This document shows, in pieces, positions 55,930-64,000 of a DNA stretch of 64,000 nucleotides; positions within the stretch are counted from its first letter, which is position 1; each line of letters opens with the position of its first letter. Origin of the DNA: a candidate division TM6 bacterium GW2011_GWF2_28_16 (GTDB taxonomy: Bacteria > Patescibacteriota > Microgenomatia > UBA1400 > PJMF01); the NCBI GenBank assembly GCA_001029715.1, contig CP011212.1, positions 398,936 through 462,935 on the forward strand, read 5' to 3'. The notes below the pieces were generated by a model. That model ran no database searches. It was given only the letters and a program-made list of their open reading frames with translations, and was not told where the DNA came from. Position numbers and translations under genes: made by a program.

Positions 55930-56870
55930 ATGTTTTCTCTCCAATAATTTAAAATTCTTTCTAAAGTTTCTTTTAATTGGTGATTTTGTTGCCAACCTAA
56001 ATTTACAATCTTTTCATTGTCGCAAACAAGGCTATGAAGGTCAACTGGGCGAATTTTATTTGGATCTATTTCAACCTTAATTTCTGCCTTAGCTAAGTTA
56101 ATCAATAAATCTAGAACTTCTCGGATGCTGTGCCCTTGACCAGAACCAATATTATAAACTTCATTGTTTTGACCCTTTTCCATAATTAAGATGTAGGCAT
56201 TAACGACATCTTTAACATCGGAAAAATCTCTAATACTATCAAGATTGCCAACTTTGACGGAATCTGCTTCACCTTTTTCGACTTTAACCACCGCGGCTGC
56301 AAGATCAGCAACGACAAAACCAAGGGTCTGTCTTTCGCCAATATGATTAAAAGGTCTTACTCTAACAATATTAAGTCCTTCGCTTTTGACAAAAGAATAA
56401 GCCATCATATCTTGAATCAATTTAGATAAAGCGTATGGATTATCTGGACCAAGAGTAGCTTTTTCATCAATGGCTTGATCATTGTCATTAGCAGCATAAA
56501 CAAGAGCAGTGCTAACATGAAGTAGTTTGGCTTGTGGAGCGTGAGCCTTAATGGCTTCAAGCAGATTTAGTTGAAGATTGGTGTTCATTTCCAAAATGAA
56601 CTTACGTTTTTCGAAACTATCTCCAACACTTGCTAGTGAGGCTAAATGATAGATTTCATCTGGTTTCACTGCTGCAATTAAATCTTGAGTGGCTTGATAG
56701 TCAGTTAAATTAATTTGGTAAATATTTTTTTCATCGACGAATTGTTTGACAAACTCACCCTCATCTCGATAAGAAGTTAAATGAATGTTTCTTTCACCTC
56801 TTTTATAAAGCTCTTCAACTAAATGCGAGGCTACAAAGCCAGTGCCGCCAGTGATTAAAATAGTTTTCAT
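55926..56870 (-). CDS. NAD-dependent sugar epimerase/reductase, probably GDP-4-dehydro-6-deoxy-D-mannose reductase (Rmd-like)
   Basis: [19 protein letters not shown] (YxxxK) and [10 protein letters not shown]. It appears translationally coupled to gmd. The specific activity is inferred from context. Confidence 0.65.
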   Translation of the reverse strand: MKTILITGGTGFVASHLVEELYKRGERNIHLTSYRDEGEFVKQFVDEKNIYQINLTDYQATQDLIAAVKPDEIYHLASLASVGDSFEKRKFILEMNTNLQLNLLEAIKAHAPQAKLLHVSTALVYAANDNDQAIDEKATLGPDNPYALSKLIQDMMAYSFVKSEGLNIVRVRPFNHIGERQTLGFVVADLAAAVVKVEKGEADSVKVGNLDSIRDFSDVKDVVNAYILIMEKGQNNEVYNIGSGQGHSIREVLDLLINLAKAEIKVEIDPNKIRPVDLHSLVCDNEKIVNLGWQQNHQLKETLERILNYWRENI

Positions 56871-56887
56871 ATTGAATCCATTTTCCT

Positions 56888-58168
56888 TTATCTTTTACCA
56901 ATGCCCAAATATTGATATTGCCAATTTTTAACTCTTTCTGGATTAAATTGATTACGACAGTCAATGAAAGTTTGTTTTTTGTTATTTTTAACTTTAGAAA
57001 AATCAAAACTAATAATCTCTGGCCATTCAACTACTGCCATAATGATGTCAGCATTTTCACAAGCTTCTTCAATCGAGGAAAATTGTTGATGATTGTCGGT
57101 TGCTAGAGGATTATATTTAGCCATTGGATCGTAGCTTCTGACTTTAGCTTTTTTATCGCTTAAAAATGGAATAATTTTTGTCGACGGAGCTTCTCTCATA
57201 TCGTCAGTGTTAGGTTTAAAAGATAAACCCAAGATGGCAATAGTTTTGTCTTTGAAGCCACCCGACTCTTCAGCAAATTTCTTTAGAAGTCTGAAGATGC
57301 GATCTTTATTGATTTCATCAACGCGATTGAGTAAATTACCACTTTCCCCAACAGTGCGTGAATAAGCGGCCAATTCCTTAACATCTTTAGGGAAGCAAGA
57401 ACCCCCATAGCCTAAACCTGGATACCAGTAGTGTTGGCCAATTCTTTTATCGTAACCAATAGCCTTAATGACTTCTTCAATATCAGCGCCATTTTTTTCA
57501 CAAAGATTAGCAACTTCATTAATAAAAGTAATACGAGTAGCCAAATAAGAGTTGGCAGTGTATTTGGCCATTTGTGCCGAAGCGACTTTACAATGAACAA
57601 CTGGAGCTTTAAGCGTTTTGTGCAATTCTTCTAATTTTGTAAAGACGAAGTCATCTTCAGCACCAATGACAATTCTGTCAGGATTAAGAGTGTCAAAAAC
57701 AGCTGAGCCTTCTCTTAAGAATTCTGGTAAAGAAGCACCATAGAATTTAGTTGATATTTTTTCCTTGATGACAGAGATCACTTTTTCTAAAGTTCCTGGA
57801 GGAACAGTTGATTTAATGACTACAATGGCATTTTCTTTAAGATAGGGAGCAAGCGATTCTGCACTAGCTAAGACGTATTTTAAGTCAGCTGTGCCGTCTG
57901 AAGCCGATGGAGTTCCAACAGCGATAATGATGATTTCTGCCTCATTGATGGCTTCTTGATAAGAAGTGGTAAAACGTAATTTTCCTTTAGCTTGCTGTTC
58001 TAGCAATAATTCCTGCAAATCTGGTTCATAGAAAGGCACTTGGCCTTTTTCTAAGAGTTTAATTTTATTTTCATCAATATCTAAACCAATGACTTGGTTT
58101 CCGAAAGAGGCGTAGACTGCAGCTGAGACAACCCCTACGAAACCAGTGCCAATAACTGTTACTTTCAT
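56888..58168 (-). CDS. ugd: UDP-glucose 6-dehydrogenase
   Basis: MKVTVIGTGFVGVVSAAV (Rossmann), catalytic GGSCFPKD, and GLSFKPNTDD. Confidence 0.9.
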   Translation of the reverse strand: MKVTVIGTGFVGVVSAAVYASFGNQVIGLDIDENKIKLLEKGQVPFYEPDLQELLLEQQAKGKLRFTTSYQEAINEAEIIIIAVGTPSASDGTADLKYVLASAESLAPYLKENAIVVIKSTVPPGTLEKVISVIKEKISTKFYGASLPEFLREGSAVFDTLNPDRIVIGAEDDFVFTKLEELHKTLKAPVVHCKVASAQMAKYTANSYLATRITFINEVANLCEKNGADIEEVIKAIGYDKRIGQHYWYPGLGYGGSCFPKDVKELAAYSRTVGESGNLLNRVDEINKDRIFRLLKKFAEESGGFKDKTIAILGLSFKPNTDDMREAPSTKIIPFLSDKKAKVRSYDPMAKYNPLATDNHQQFSSIEEACENADIIMAVVEWPEIISFDFSKVKNNKKQTFIDCRNQFNPERVKNWQYQYLGIGKR

Positions 58169-58234
58169 AAATTAACTTTCTATTTTGTTTATCTTGTATA
58201 ATAGCAGAGAACATATCTAATTTATCACGATTTT

Positions 58235-58873
58235 ATGAAAATTAATATTTTAACTATTTTTCCAGATTTCTTTAAGACTCCTCTTGAAACTTCGATCTTA
58301 AAGCGTGCTTTGGCTAAAGAAGCGATTGAGTTTAAGATTATAAATTTGCGTGATTTTGCGGAGGGTAAACATCAAACTACCGATCAGCGACCTTTTGGTG
58401 GTGGTCCAGGCATGGTCATGATGATTGAGCCTATTGATAAGGCTTTGCAGTCTTTAGGTCTTAGTAAGGGTCAAAAAAATAAAAGAATTCTTTTAACTTC
58501 TGCCAAAGGTAATTTATTTACTCAAGAAGTAGCCAGAGATTTTTCTTCTTTAGATGAATTAACCTTAATTTGTGGTCATTATGAAGGAGTTGATGAAAGA
58601 GTTGCTTTGTACTTAATAGATGCAGAAATCAGGATTGGTGACTATGTTTTAACCGGTGGTGAAACAGCTTCTTTAGTTATTGCTGACGCCGTAACAAGGC
58701 TAATTCCAGGTGTTTTAGGCAACGAGCTAAGTAATCAAGACGAATCACATAGCCAGCCTGGTAAAATGGCTCATCCACAGTTTACCAAACCAGTTGAATA
58801 CAAGGGTTGGAATGTGCCAGAAGTTTTACTTTCTGGAAATCATCAAAAAATTAAAGATTGGCGCACTCACTAA
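58235..58873 (+). CDS. trmD: tRNA (guanine37-N1)-methyltransferase
   Basis: ILTIFPDFF, RPFGGGPGMVM, CGHYEGVDERV and GDYVLTGGE. An extended -10 TGTATAAT is at 58193-58200. Confidence 0.9.
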   Translation: MKINILTIFPDFFKTPLETSILKRALAKEAIEFKIINLRDFAEGKHQTTDQRPFGGGPGMVMMIEPIDKALQSLGLSKGQKNKRILLTSAKGNLFTQEVARDFSSLDELTLICGHYEGVDERVALYLIDAEIRIGDYVLTGGETASLVIADAVTRLIPGVLGNELSNQDESHSQPGKMAHPQFTKPVEYKGWNVPEVLLSGNHQKIKDWRTH

Positions 58874-59735
58874 TTACTTCTTTGATAGTTTTTTGCTTAA
58901 AATCTAAAATATTTTTGATTTTATCAATATTTAAAGCAGTATTTTTTTGATAAGGACGGTTGCTTGTCTCTAAATATTTAGCCAAAGAACCTGCTTTAAG
59001 ATCAAAATTAAGAGCAAACTTTTCATTAATAAGCTTGGCAAACTCAAAGTCTGTCCAGGATTCACCAGATGTAGCGTGATAAATTCCGGTCATTTTTTTA
59101 TTAATTACAAAGTCGATAATTTTAACGAAATCATTAATATAAGTTGGTCCGAAGTAATGATCACTAAACTGTGGATAAAGTTTGTTATTTTTCATGCCGT
59201 CTATAATTCTGTGCAAGGTGTCAACTTTTTCAAAAGCATCACTTCTGAAAGGTTGGTCGATACGCAAAATTGTCCAATCAATATTACTATTGGTAATGGC
59301 TTCCTCAGCCAAAGCTTTAGTTTTGCCATACCATTCAATTGGGTTAGTTTTGTCAGTTTCGACATACATTTCTTTTTTTTCACCGTCAAAAACATAAGCA
59401 GTGGAAAGGTGAATCAGATGTTTGCCTGTTTCTGCACAAGCTTTAACTAAGTTTTCCGTACCTCTCACGTTAACCGCATAACAAACTCCATTTACATCTC
59501 CAGTTTGTTGCCAAGCTCCGGTGACATCAGTGTAAGCTGCCATATGAACTACGAATTTAGAATCTGAAGTAGATAAAACAGACATGACTTGTTTTTCGTT
59601 GGTAATGTCAATTGGTCTAGATTCGTTGCGTAGATCTAAATTATCAAATTCATATTTATCTGCAAAATCTTTGACAAATCTAGAGCCAACTAGTCCGTTT
59701 AAACCAGTACCGAGAAGAGGAATTTTATTATCCAT
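58851..59735 (-). CDS. rmlD: dTDP-4-dehydrorhamnose reductase-like SDR
   Basis: GTGLNGLVGSRF, HMAAYTDV, STAYVFDG and YGKTKALAE are colinear with remembered E. coli RmlD. Confidence 0.7.
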   Translation of the reverse strand: MDNKIPLLGTGLNGLVGSRFVKDFADKYEFDNLDLRNESRPIDITNEKQVMSVLSTSDSKFVVHMAAYTDVTGAWQQTGDVNGVCYAVNVRGTENLVKACAETGKHLIHLSTAYVFDGEKKEMYVETDKTNPIEWYGKTKALAEEAITNSNIDWTILRIDQPFRSDAFEKVDTLHRIIDGMKNNKLYPQFSDHYFGPTYINDFVKIIDFVINKKMTGIYHATSGESWTDFEFAKLINEKFALNFDLKAGSLAKYLETSNRPYQKNTALNIDKIKNILDFKQKTIKEVISECANL

Positions 59736-59748
59736 GATGAAACCTTTC

Positions 59749-60765
59749 TTATGTGTCGTATTGTTTATTAAAATAAGCTTGATTGTTTGTTTTGAGTGGT
59801 CTCCACCAATTTTGATTATTTTGATACCAAGCCACAGTTTTTTTTAAGCCTTCTTCCAAACTCACGCTAGGTTGCCAACCCAAAGCTTCTTGGGTTTTTG
59901 TAAAATCAACACTATAACGACGATCGTGACCAGGACGATCTTTGATATACTCGATGGCATTTTCGTCTTTACCCATAATCTTAATAATCATTTTGATCAG
60001 ATCAAGATTATTAACATCTTTATAAAGTCCACCGAAAAGATAAGTTTTGGCATTTTCGCCATTTTGTAAGATTAGATCGATGCCTTTACAGTGATCTTGA
60101 ACATAAAGCCAGTCCCGCACATAAAGTCCATCACCATAAATAGGGACTTTTTTATCATCAATTAAATTGGTGATGGCTAGGGGAATCATTTTTTCTGGGA
60201 AATGATATTCGCCATAATTATTAGAGCAGTTGCTTAAAGTAAATGGTAGACCATAGGTGTCGCCATAAGCGCGCACCAGATGATCAGAAGCGGCTTTTGA
60301 GGCAGAATAAGGACTATGAGGATTATAAGCTGTTTCTTCATTGAATTTTTCATTAGAGCCAAGTTCTAAAGCTCCAAAAACTTCATCAGTCGAAATATGA
60401 TGAAAACGTTTGACTTTGTGTTTGAGAGCGGCGTCTAGTAAAACCTGTGTGCCGAGAATATTAGTTTCAAGGAAAATAGCAGGTTCCATGATGGAACGAT
60501 CGACGTGAGATTCGGCAGCAAAATGAACAACCACGTCTACGTCTTCCATAATTTTATTGACGAGCTGACCATCTCTAATGTCACCTTGAATAAATTTATA
60601 TTGAGGATTGTTTTCAATATCCTTTAAAGTGCTGAGGTTGCCGGCATAGGTCAATAAATCTAGATTAATAATTTTATCTTCAGGATGATTCTGGAGATAA
60701 TAATGAACGAAGTTGGAACCGATAAAACCAGCACCACCAGTGATGAGTAAAGTTTGACTTTGCAT
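59749..60765 (-). CDS. rmlB: dTDP-glucose 4,6-dehydratase
   Basis: LITGGAGFIGSNFV, HFAAESHVDRS, YSASKAASDHLVRAY and RPGHDRRY. Confidence 0.9.
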   Translation of the reverse strand: MQSQTLLITGGAGFIGSNFVHYYLQNHPEDKIINLDLLTYAGNLSTLKDIENNPQYKFIQGDIRDGQLVNKIMEDVDVVVHFAAESHVDRSIMEPAIFLETNILGTQVLLDAALKHKVKRFHHISTDEVFGALELGSNEKFNEETAYNPHSPYSASKAASDHLVRAYGDTYGLPFTLSNCSNNYGEYHFPEKMIPLAITNLIDDKKVPIYGDGLYVRDWLYVQDHCKGIDLILQNGENAKTYLFGGLYKDVNNLDLIKMIIKIMGKDENAIEYIKDRPGHDRRYSVDFTKTQEALGWQPSVSLEEGLKKTVAWYQNNQNWWRPLKTNNQAYFNKQYDT

Positions 60766-60767
60766 AA

Positions 60768-60938
60768 TTAAAAATCCATTTCTTCTATTTTAGTTTCTAG
60801 TTTTTCTAGCTTGTTTTCTAAAAGTTTGTATTTTTTCTTTTCCACACTCAGAGAAGACTGATAAAAACCTGCCATAAAAGCTAAGACGATAATTGCAACC
60901 AGCATCAGACGAATAAGATTTTTAGTTGAAGATGGCAT
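60768..60938 (-). CDS. Possible small membrane-anchored coiled-coil protein (56 aa; or 45 aa from ATG 60905)
   Basis: My translation is MPSSTKNLIRLMLVAIIVLAFMAGFYQSSLSVEKKKYKLLENKLEKLETKIEEMDF. It fills the gap between the LCP gene and rmlB and is below the track cutoff. Confidence 0.3.
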   Translation of the reverse strand: MPSSTKNLIRLMLVAIIVLAFMAGFYQSSLSVEKKKYKLLENKLEKLETKIEEMDF

Positions 60939-62031
60939 TGATACTTTCTGTAAATTTAATTTGATCTTTTATTTGATAGATCCATTGTTGTTTACTCTGC
61001 CAGAGCGGAGGATTGAAGATGACTCCGTTTTCATCATCTGGATAAATGCTTAATTGATGCTTTTCAAAAGAAATCTCTGTAGAAGTATTTTTACTTATAT
61101 AATCAATAAAAACAGTTCCAATTTGGATAATTTCTTCAGTACTAATATTTTTAGCGAAACGATCTAGATAAAAACGATAGAGCTGCCCAAATACTTCTGG
61201 GTTTCTAGTTTTTAAGATTTTATCAAAAATAGCTTCTAAAACTAATTGCTGTCTTTGAGCTCTTGCTTCATCAGTGCCCTCATCTCCCTCGCTGTGGCGA
61301 CTACGCATGTATTTCAAAGCCAGACTGCTATCCATTTCTTGAAAGCCAGTCTTAAAACTAACCTCTTCATAAAGTAATTTAGGATCAGTAATTTCACTAA
61401 CATCTACATCTTGAATTGGGAAAAGAGGATCGGTAAAAGCAATTGGCACGTCAATTTCTACTCCACCAAGGATATCAATCATTTTTTCTAAATCTTCAAT
61501 GCCCATGACAATGGTGTGATCTGCCTTAAAATTGCTAATTTCAGCAATGACTTCTTCTGGGAATTTCTCTGGAGTTTCTGGATATCTATCTTTGCCATAA
61601 AAATATAAAGCGTTAATTTTAGTCTGATAATTTTCTACGTATAAATCTCTTGGCAAGGAAAGAGTTTTGATTTTGCCATTTTTAAAGTCTGCTTGTAAAA
61701 GCATGACTGTGTCAGTTAGTTCTGGATCTCCATCTCTGCCACTGAGCTTATCGGTTCCTAGGATTAAAAAATTATATTTTTGAGCTAATTCCGAGACATT
61801 ATTTAAATTATCTTGAAATTGATTTAGAGAAATCGAAGCGGTATCAAGAACTTCTTCTTTGCTAAGTTCAGCTGCCTTGGCGAAGTCTTTAATGATTTTG
61901 TTAGTTTTGATGCTAAAGTAGATAAAAAGTGAAATAAAACTTAAAAATAAGAGTCCAAAGAACCAAAGTATCAATTTAAAAATAAGACTTGGCTTCTTAT
62001 ACTCGAGAGTAACAGTTAAATCTTGTTTCAT
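60922..62031 (-). CDS. LytR-CpsA-Psr (LCP) family glycopolymer ligase
   Basis: N-terminal TM helix, FLILGTD...R.D..TDTVMLLQ, SLPRDLYV, and ALKYMRSRH......D..RAQRQQ. Confidence 0.85.
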   Translation of the reverse strand: MKQDLTVTLEYKKPSLIFKLILWFFGLLFLSFISLFIYFSIKTNKIIKDFAKAAELSKEEVLDTASISLNQFQDNLNNVSELAQKYNFLILGTDKLSGRDGDPELTDTVMLLQADFKNGKIKTLSLPRDLYVENYQTKINALYFYGKDRYPETPEKFPEEVIAEISNFKADHTIVMGIEDLEKMIDILGGVEIDVPIAFTDPLFPIQDVDVSEITDPKLLYEEVSFKTGFQEMDSSLALKYMRSRHSEGDEGTDEARAQRQQLVLEAIFDKILKTRNPEVFGQLYRFYLDRFAKNISTEEIIQIGTVFIDYISKNTSTEISFEKHQLSIYPDDENGVIFNPPLWQSKQQWIYQIKDQIKFTESINAIFN

Positions 62032-62088
62032 TAAACTTGAGTATATTGGAAAAGTCGCTTATTTTCAAAGAGAAAAAAGTCGAATAGA

Positions 62089-63594
62089 ATGAAAGTTAAT
62101 ATGGATGAACACGAAATTTTACCAACTGATGACCTGACAAGTGAGTTGAGTGGTGAGGAAATTGCAGAAATTAAGAAAAAATCCGTCAAGGGTGTTGTCT
62201 CTTTTTTCGCACGAACCATAATTTTGCAAGGAGTTGGTTTGGTTTCAGCCTTCATATTAAGTGCTTTTCTATCTCCAGAAGATTTTGGTATTTTTGGGAT
62301 TGTTACGCAAATTATTGCTTTGCTTGTTTTCTTTTCTGACATCGGATTAGCAGCAGCTCTAATTCAAAAAAAAGCTGAGCCTACGGAAGATGACTATAAA
62401 ACGGCTTTCACAGTGCAATTAATTTTGGCTTGGACAATTTTCTTTATTGTTCTGGCAATTATTAAATTAGGTTTTTTAAATGTAAAAATTGGCAACGAAG
62501 GAATTCTAGTACTTTTAGCCTTGGCAATTTCTTTTCCTTTGGCAACTTTCAAAACCATTCCTTCAATTATTCTTGAGAGAAAATTAGACTTTAATAAATT
62601 AGTTTTGCCACAAATTTTTGAGCAAGTGGTTTTTCATTCAATTTTAATAGTTATGGCCTGGAAAGGTTATGGCGTAGCTTCTTATTTTTATGCTATTTTA
62701 TTTCGTAGCGTCATTGGTTTAATAGTGATTCAAATTTTGCAACCTTGGTTTCCAAAAATTAAAATTGATAGGCAGTCACTCAAAGGTTTACTTAGTTTTG
62801 GTTTCAAATTTCAACTCAATGATTTTTTAGCCCGCATCAAAGATCAGCTTTATTTCTTGGTTCTAGGAGCATTCTTGCCACTTAAAGATTTTGGCTACAT
62901 GCAGTGGTCAAAAAATTGGTCTATGTATCCATATAATTTAACTGTGCAGAATGTCATGTCAATTACTTTTCCAACTTTTTCGAGATTACAAAATCATAAA
63001 GATTTACTTAAAAAAGCCATTGAGAAATCACTTTATTTTATTTCTTTATTTATTTTTCCAATCTTAATTGGCATGTCTATCTTTATTTATCCTTTAACTG
63101 AGCTGGTGGATAAATACACTAAATGGCAGCCAGCGATCTTTTCTTTTGTTTTATTCTCACTTAGTGTGGCTTGGTCGGCAATTTCAACTCCACTTATTAA
63201 TAGTCTAAATGCGATTGGCAAGATTAACCAAACTTTGAAATTAATGACCATGTGGACTGTTTTAACTTGGGTTTTAACTCCAGTCTTAGTTTGGAAATTT
63301 GGTTTTAATGGCGTAGCTATTGCTGCTTTTTTAATATCTTTTACTTCTATTTTTTCAGTATTCATGACCAAAAAATATGTAGCTATAGAAGTGATGAGAA
63401 ATATTTGGCCACAATTAGTAGCAAGTCTTTTTATGGCTGTTTTTGGATTTTTAGGAATCAAATATTGGGGCTTAAGTTATCGTAATTTCTTTTTTGGTGG
63501 TTTTGCTTCATTTTTACTTTATGCTGTGGTGTTTTTTGTCTTATCTAAGAATAGGTTTTTAGAGGAAATTAAAAGTTTAAGAAAAAATTTATGA
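62089..63594 (+). CDS. Polysaccharide/oligosaccharide flippase (Wzx, MOP superfamily)
   Basis: 501 aa with about 12-14 TM helices, and an N-terminal GVVSFFARTIILQGVGLVSAFILSAFLSPEDFG typical of polysaccharide biosynthesis proteins. Confidence 0.75.
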   Translation: MKVNMDEHEILPTDDLTSELSGEEIAEIKKKSVKGVVSFFARTIILQGVGLVSAFILSAFLSPEDFGIFGIVTQIIALLVFFSDIGLAAALIQKKAEPTEDDYKTAFTVQLILAWTIFFIVLAIIKLGFLNVKIGNEGILVLLALAISFPLATFKTIPSIILERKLDFNKLVLPQIFEQVVFHSILIVMAWKGYGVASYFYAILFRSVIGLIVIQILQPWFPKIKIDRQSLKGLLSFGFKFQLNDFLARIKDQLYFLVLGAFLPLKDFGYMQWSKNWSMYPYNLTVQNVMSITFPTFSRLQNHKDLLKKAIEKSLYFISLFIFPILIGMSIFIYPLTELVDKYTKWQPAIFSFVLFSLSVAWSAISTPLINSLNAIGKINQTLKLMTMWTVLTWVLTPVLVWKFGFNGVAIAAFLISFTSIFSVFMTKKYVAIEVMRNIWPQLVASLFMAVFGFLGIKYWGLSYRNFFFGGFASFLLYAVVFFVLSKNRFLEEIKSLRKNL

Positions 63595-64000
63595 AGAAGA
63601 ATTTTTTGCTTTATTTAATTTTTTTTCTTGTCTTGTTTAGTCATTTTTTTCTTTTAAAAGATGGGGTTATTCCTTTTCAATTTGATCATGGTAAAGATTC
63701 TCTAGCAGTCATGGACATGTGGTTAAATAAAAACCCCAAATTAATCGGTCCGTGGACGAGTATTCCTGGTTTGTATTTTGGTCCAGCTTGGTATTATTTA
63801 CTCTTGCCAGCTTTTCTAATTGGGGCTTGGAATCCAGTCTCTGCAGTTTGGTTGATGGTTTTATTACTTTTGGTACAAATTTATTTAGCCTATCGTTATT
63901 TAGGTAAAGAAGAAGCCTTTATTATGGCGACTGCACCAATGTGGTTAATGATTTCTACTAGTGCTTGGAACCCATTCCCAATGACTTTTGTTTCACTTAT
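63591..64000 (+). CDS. GT-C membrane glycosyltransferase (ArnT-like), N-terminal fragment running off the window
   Basis: ATGA overlap with the flippase stop. My translation is MKKNFLLYLIFFLVLFSHFFLLKDGVIPFQFDHGKDSLAV...LIGPWTSIPGLYFGPAWYY, paralogous to 52229..53773. Confidence 0.6.
   Translation, partial: MKKNFLLYLIFFLVLFSHFFLLKDGVIPFQFDHGKDSLAVMDMWLNKNPKLIGPWTSIPGLYFGPAWYYLLLPAFLIGAWNPVSAVWLMVLLLLVQIYLAYRYLGKEEAFIMATAPMWLMISTSAWNPFPMTFVSL

Noticed and set aside
56815-57030. 71-aa minus-strand ORF bridging ugd and the rmd-like gene
   Set aside because: It overlaps the conserved C-terminus of ugd and the N-terminus of the epimerase in other frames. It is a chance ORF.
62031-62342. 103-aa minus-strand ORF overlapping the flippase 5' end
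   Set aside because: It is antisense to the well-supported Wzx N-terminus and directly abuts the LCP gene start. It has no start signals and its composition mirrors the opposite-strand codons.
1-64000. Alternative genetic code (UGA as Gly, as in Gracilibacteria/Absconditabacteria)
   Set aside because: TGA terminates well-conserved proteins at their expected C-termini (aspS, secD, the rmd-like gene, the flippase). It also takes part in ATGA stop/start couplings, so the standard code 11 fits.
1-64000. CRISPR arrays, transposases/IS elements, DGR reverse transcriptase or prophage genes
   Set aside because: Reading the intergenic regions and all track ORFs, I saw no regularly spaced direct repeats, no DDE/HUH/serine or tyrosine recombinase signatures, no YxDD reverse-transcriptase motif, and no phage structural genes.

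Overview
This is an AT-rich (roughly one-third G+C by eye), very gene-dense bacterial chromosome segment. It uses the standard genetic code: TGA acts as a stop, shown by ATGA stop/start overlaps at secD/secF, rmd/gmd and the flippase/next gene. The content is mostly housekeeping. It includes metG (partial), aspS, gltX, ybeY, dnaX, ybaB, rdgB, frr, rseP, secDF, cca, recJ, prmC, xth, trmD, tRNA-Glu(CUC) and tRNA-Gln(CUG). A fermentative module (pflB, pflA, ADP-forming acetyl-CoA synthetase, fused CoaD-CoaE) and class I aldolase fbaB are also present. From 48.8 kb to the window end there is a large envelope-glycan locus. It holds two polyprenyl-phosphate sugar synthases, four GT-C-type membrane glycosyltransferases, gmd/rmd, ugd, rmlB/rmlD, an LCP ligase and a Wzx-type flippase. 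The many orphan secreted or membrane proteins, domain-reduced enzymes and this fermentative repertoire suggest a small-genome Patescibacteria/CPR-like organism; that is inference only. I found no CRISPR array, transposase, integrase, reverse transcriptase or recognisable defence system. The least explained stretches are three. (1) An unusual 0.8-kb hairpin-dense gap at 3130-3934 has two tiny Shine-Dalgarno-led basic ORFs and an attenuator-like leader. (2) A structured RNA candidate at 46575-46764 has a 12-bp closing helix and a terminator/antiterminator pair, followed by a perfect 19-nt palindrome over a promoter. (3) An orphan 738-aa protein sits next to an N-terminally extended HPRT-like phosphoribosyltransferase beside tRNA-Glu. 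Other points of note are poly-A slippery tracts in dnaX, a GAD-less AspRS, a glycosyltransferase with an in-frame TAA, and a response regulator with Glu at the phospho-acceptor position. All homology calls come from reading the supplied translations against remembered family motifs; no database search was run.
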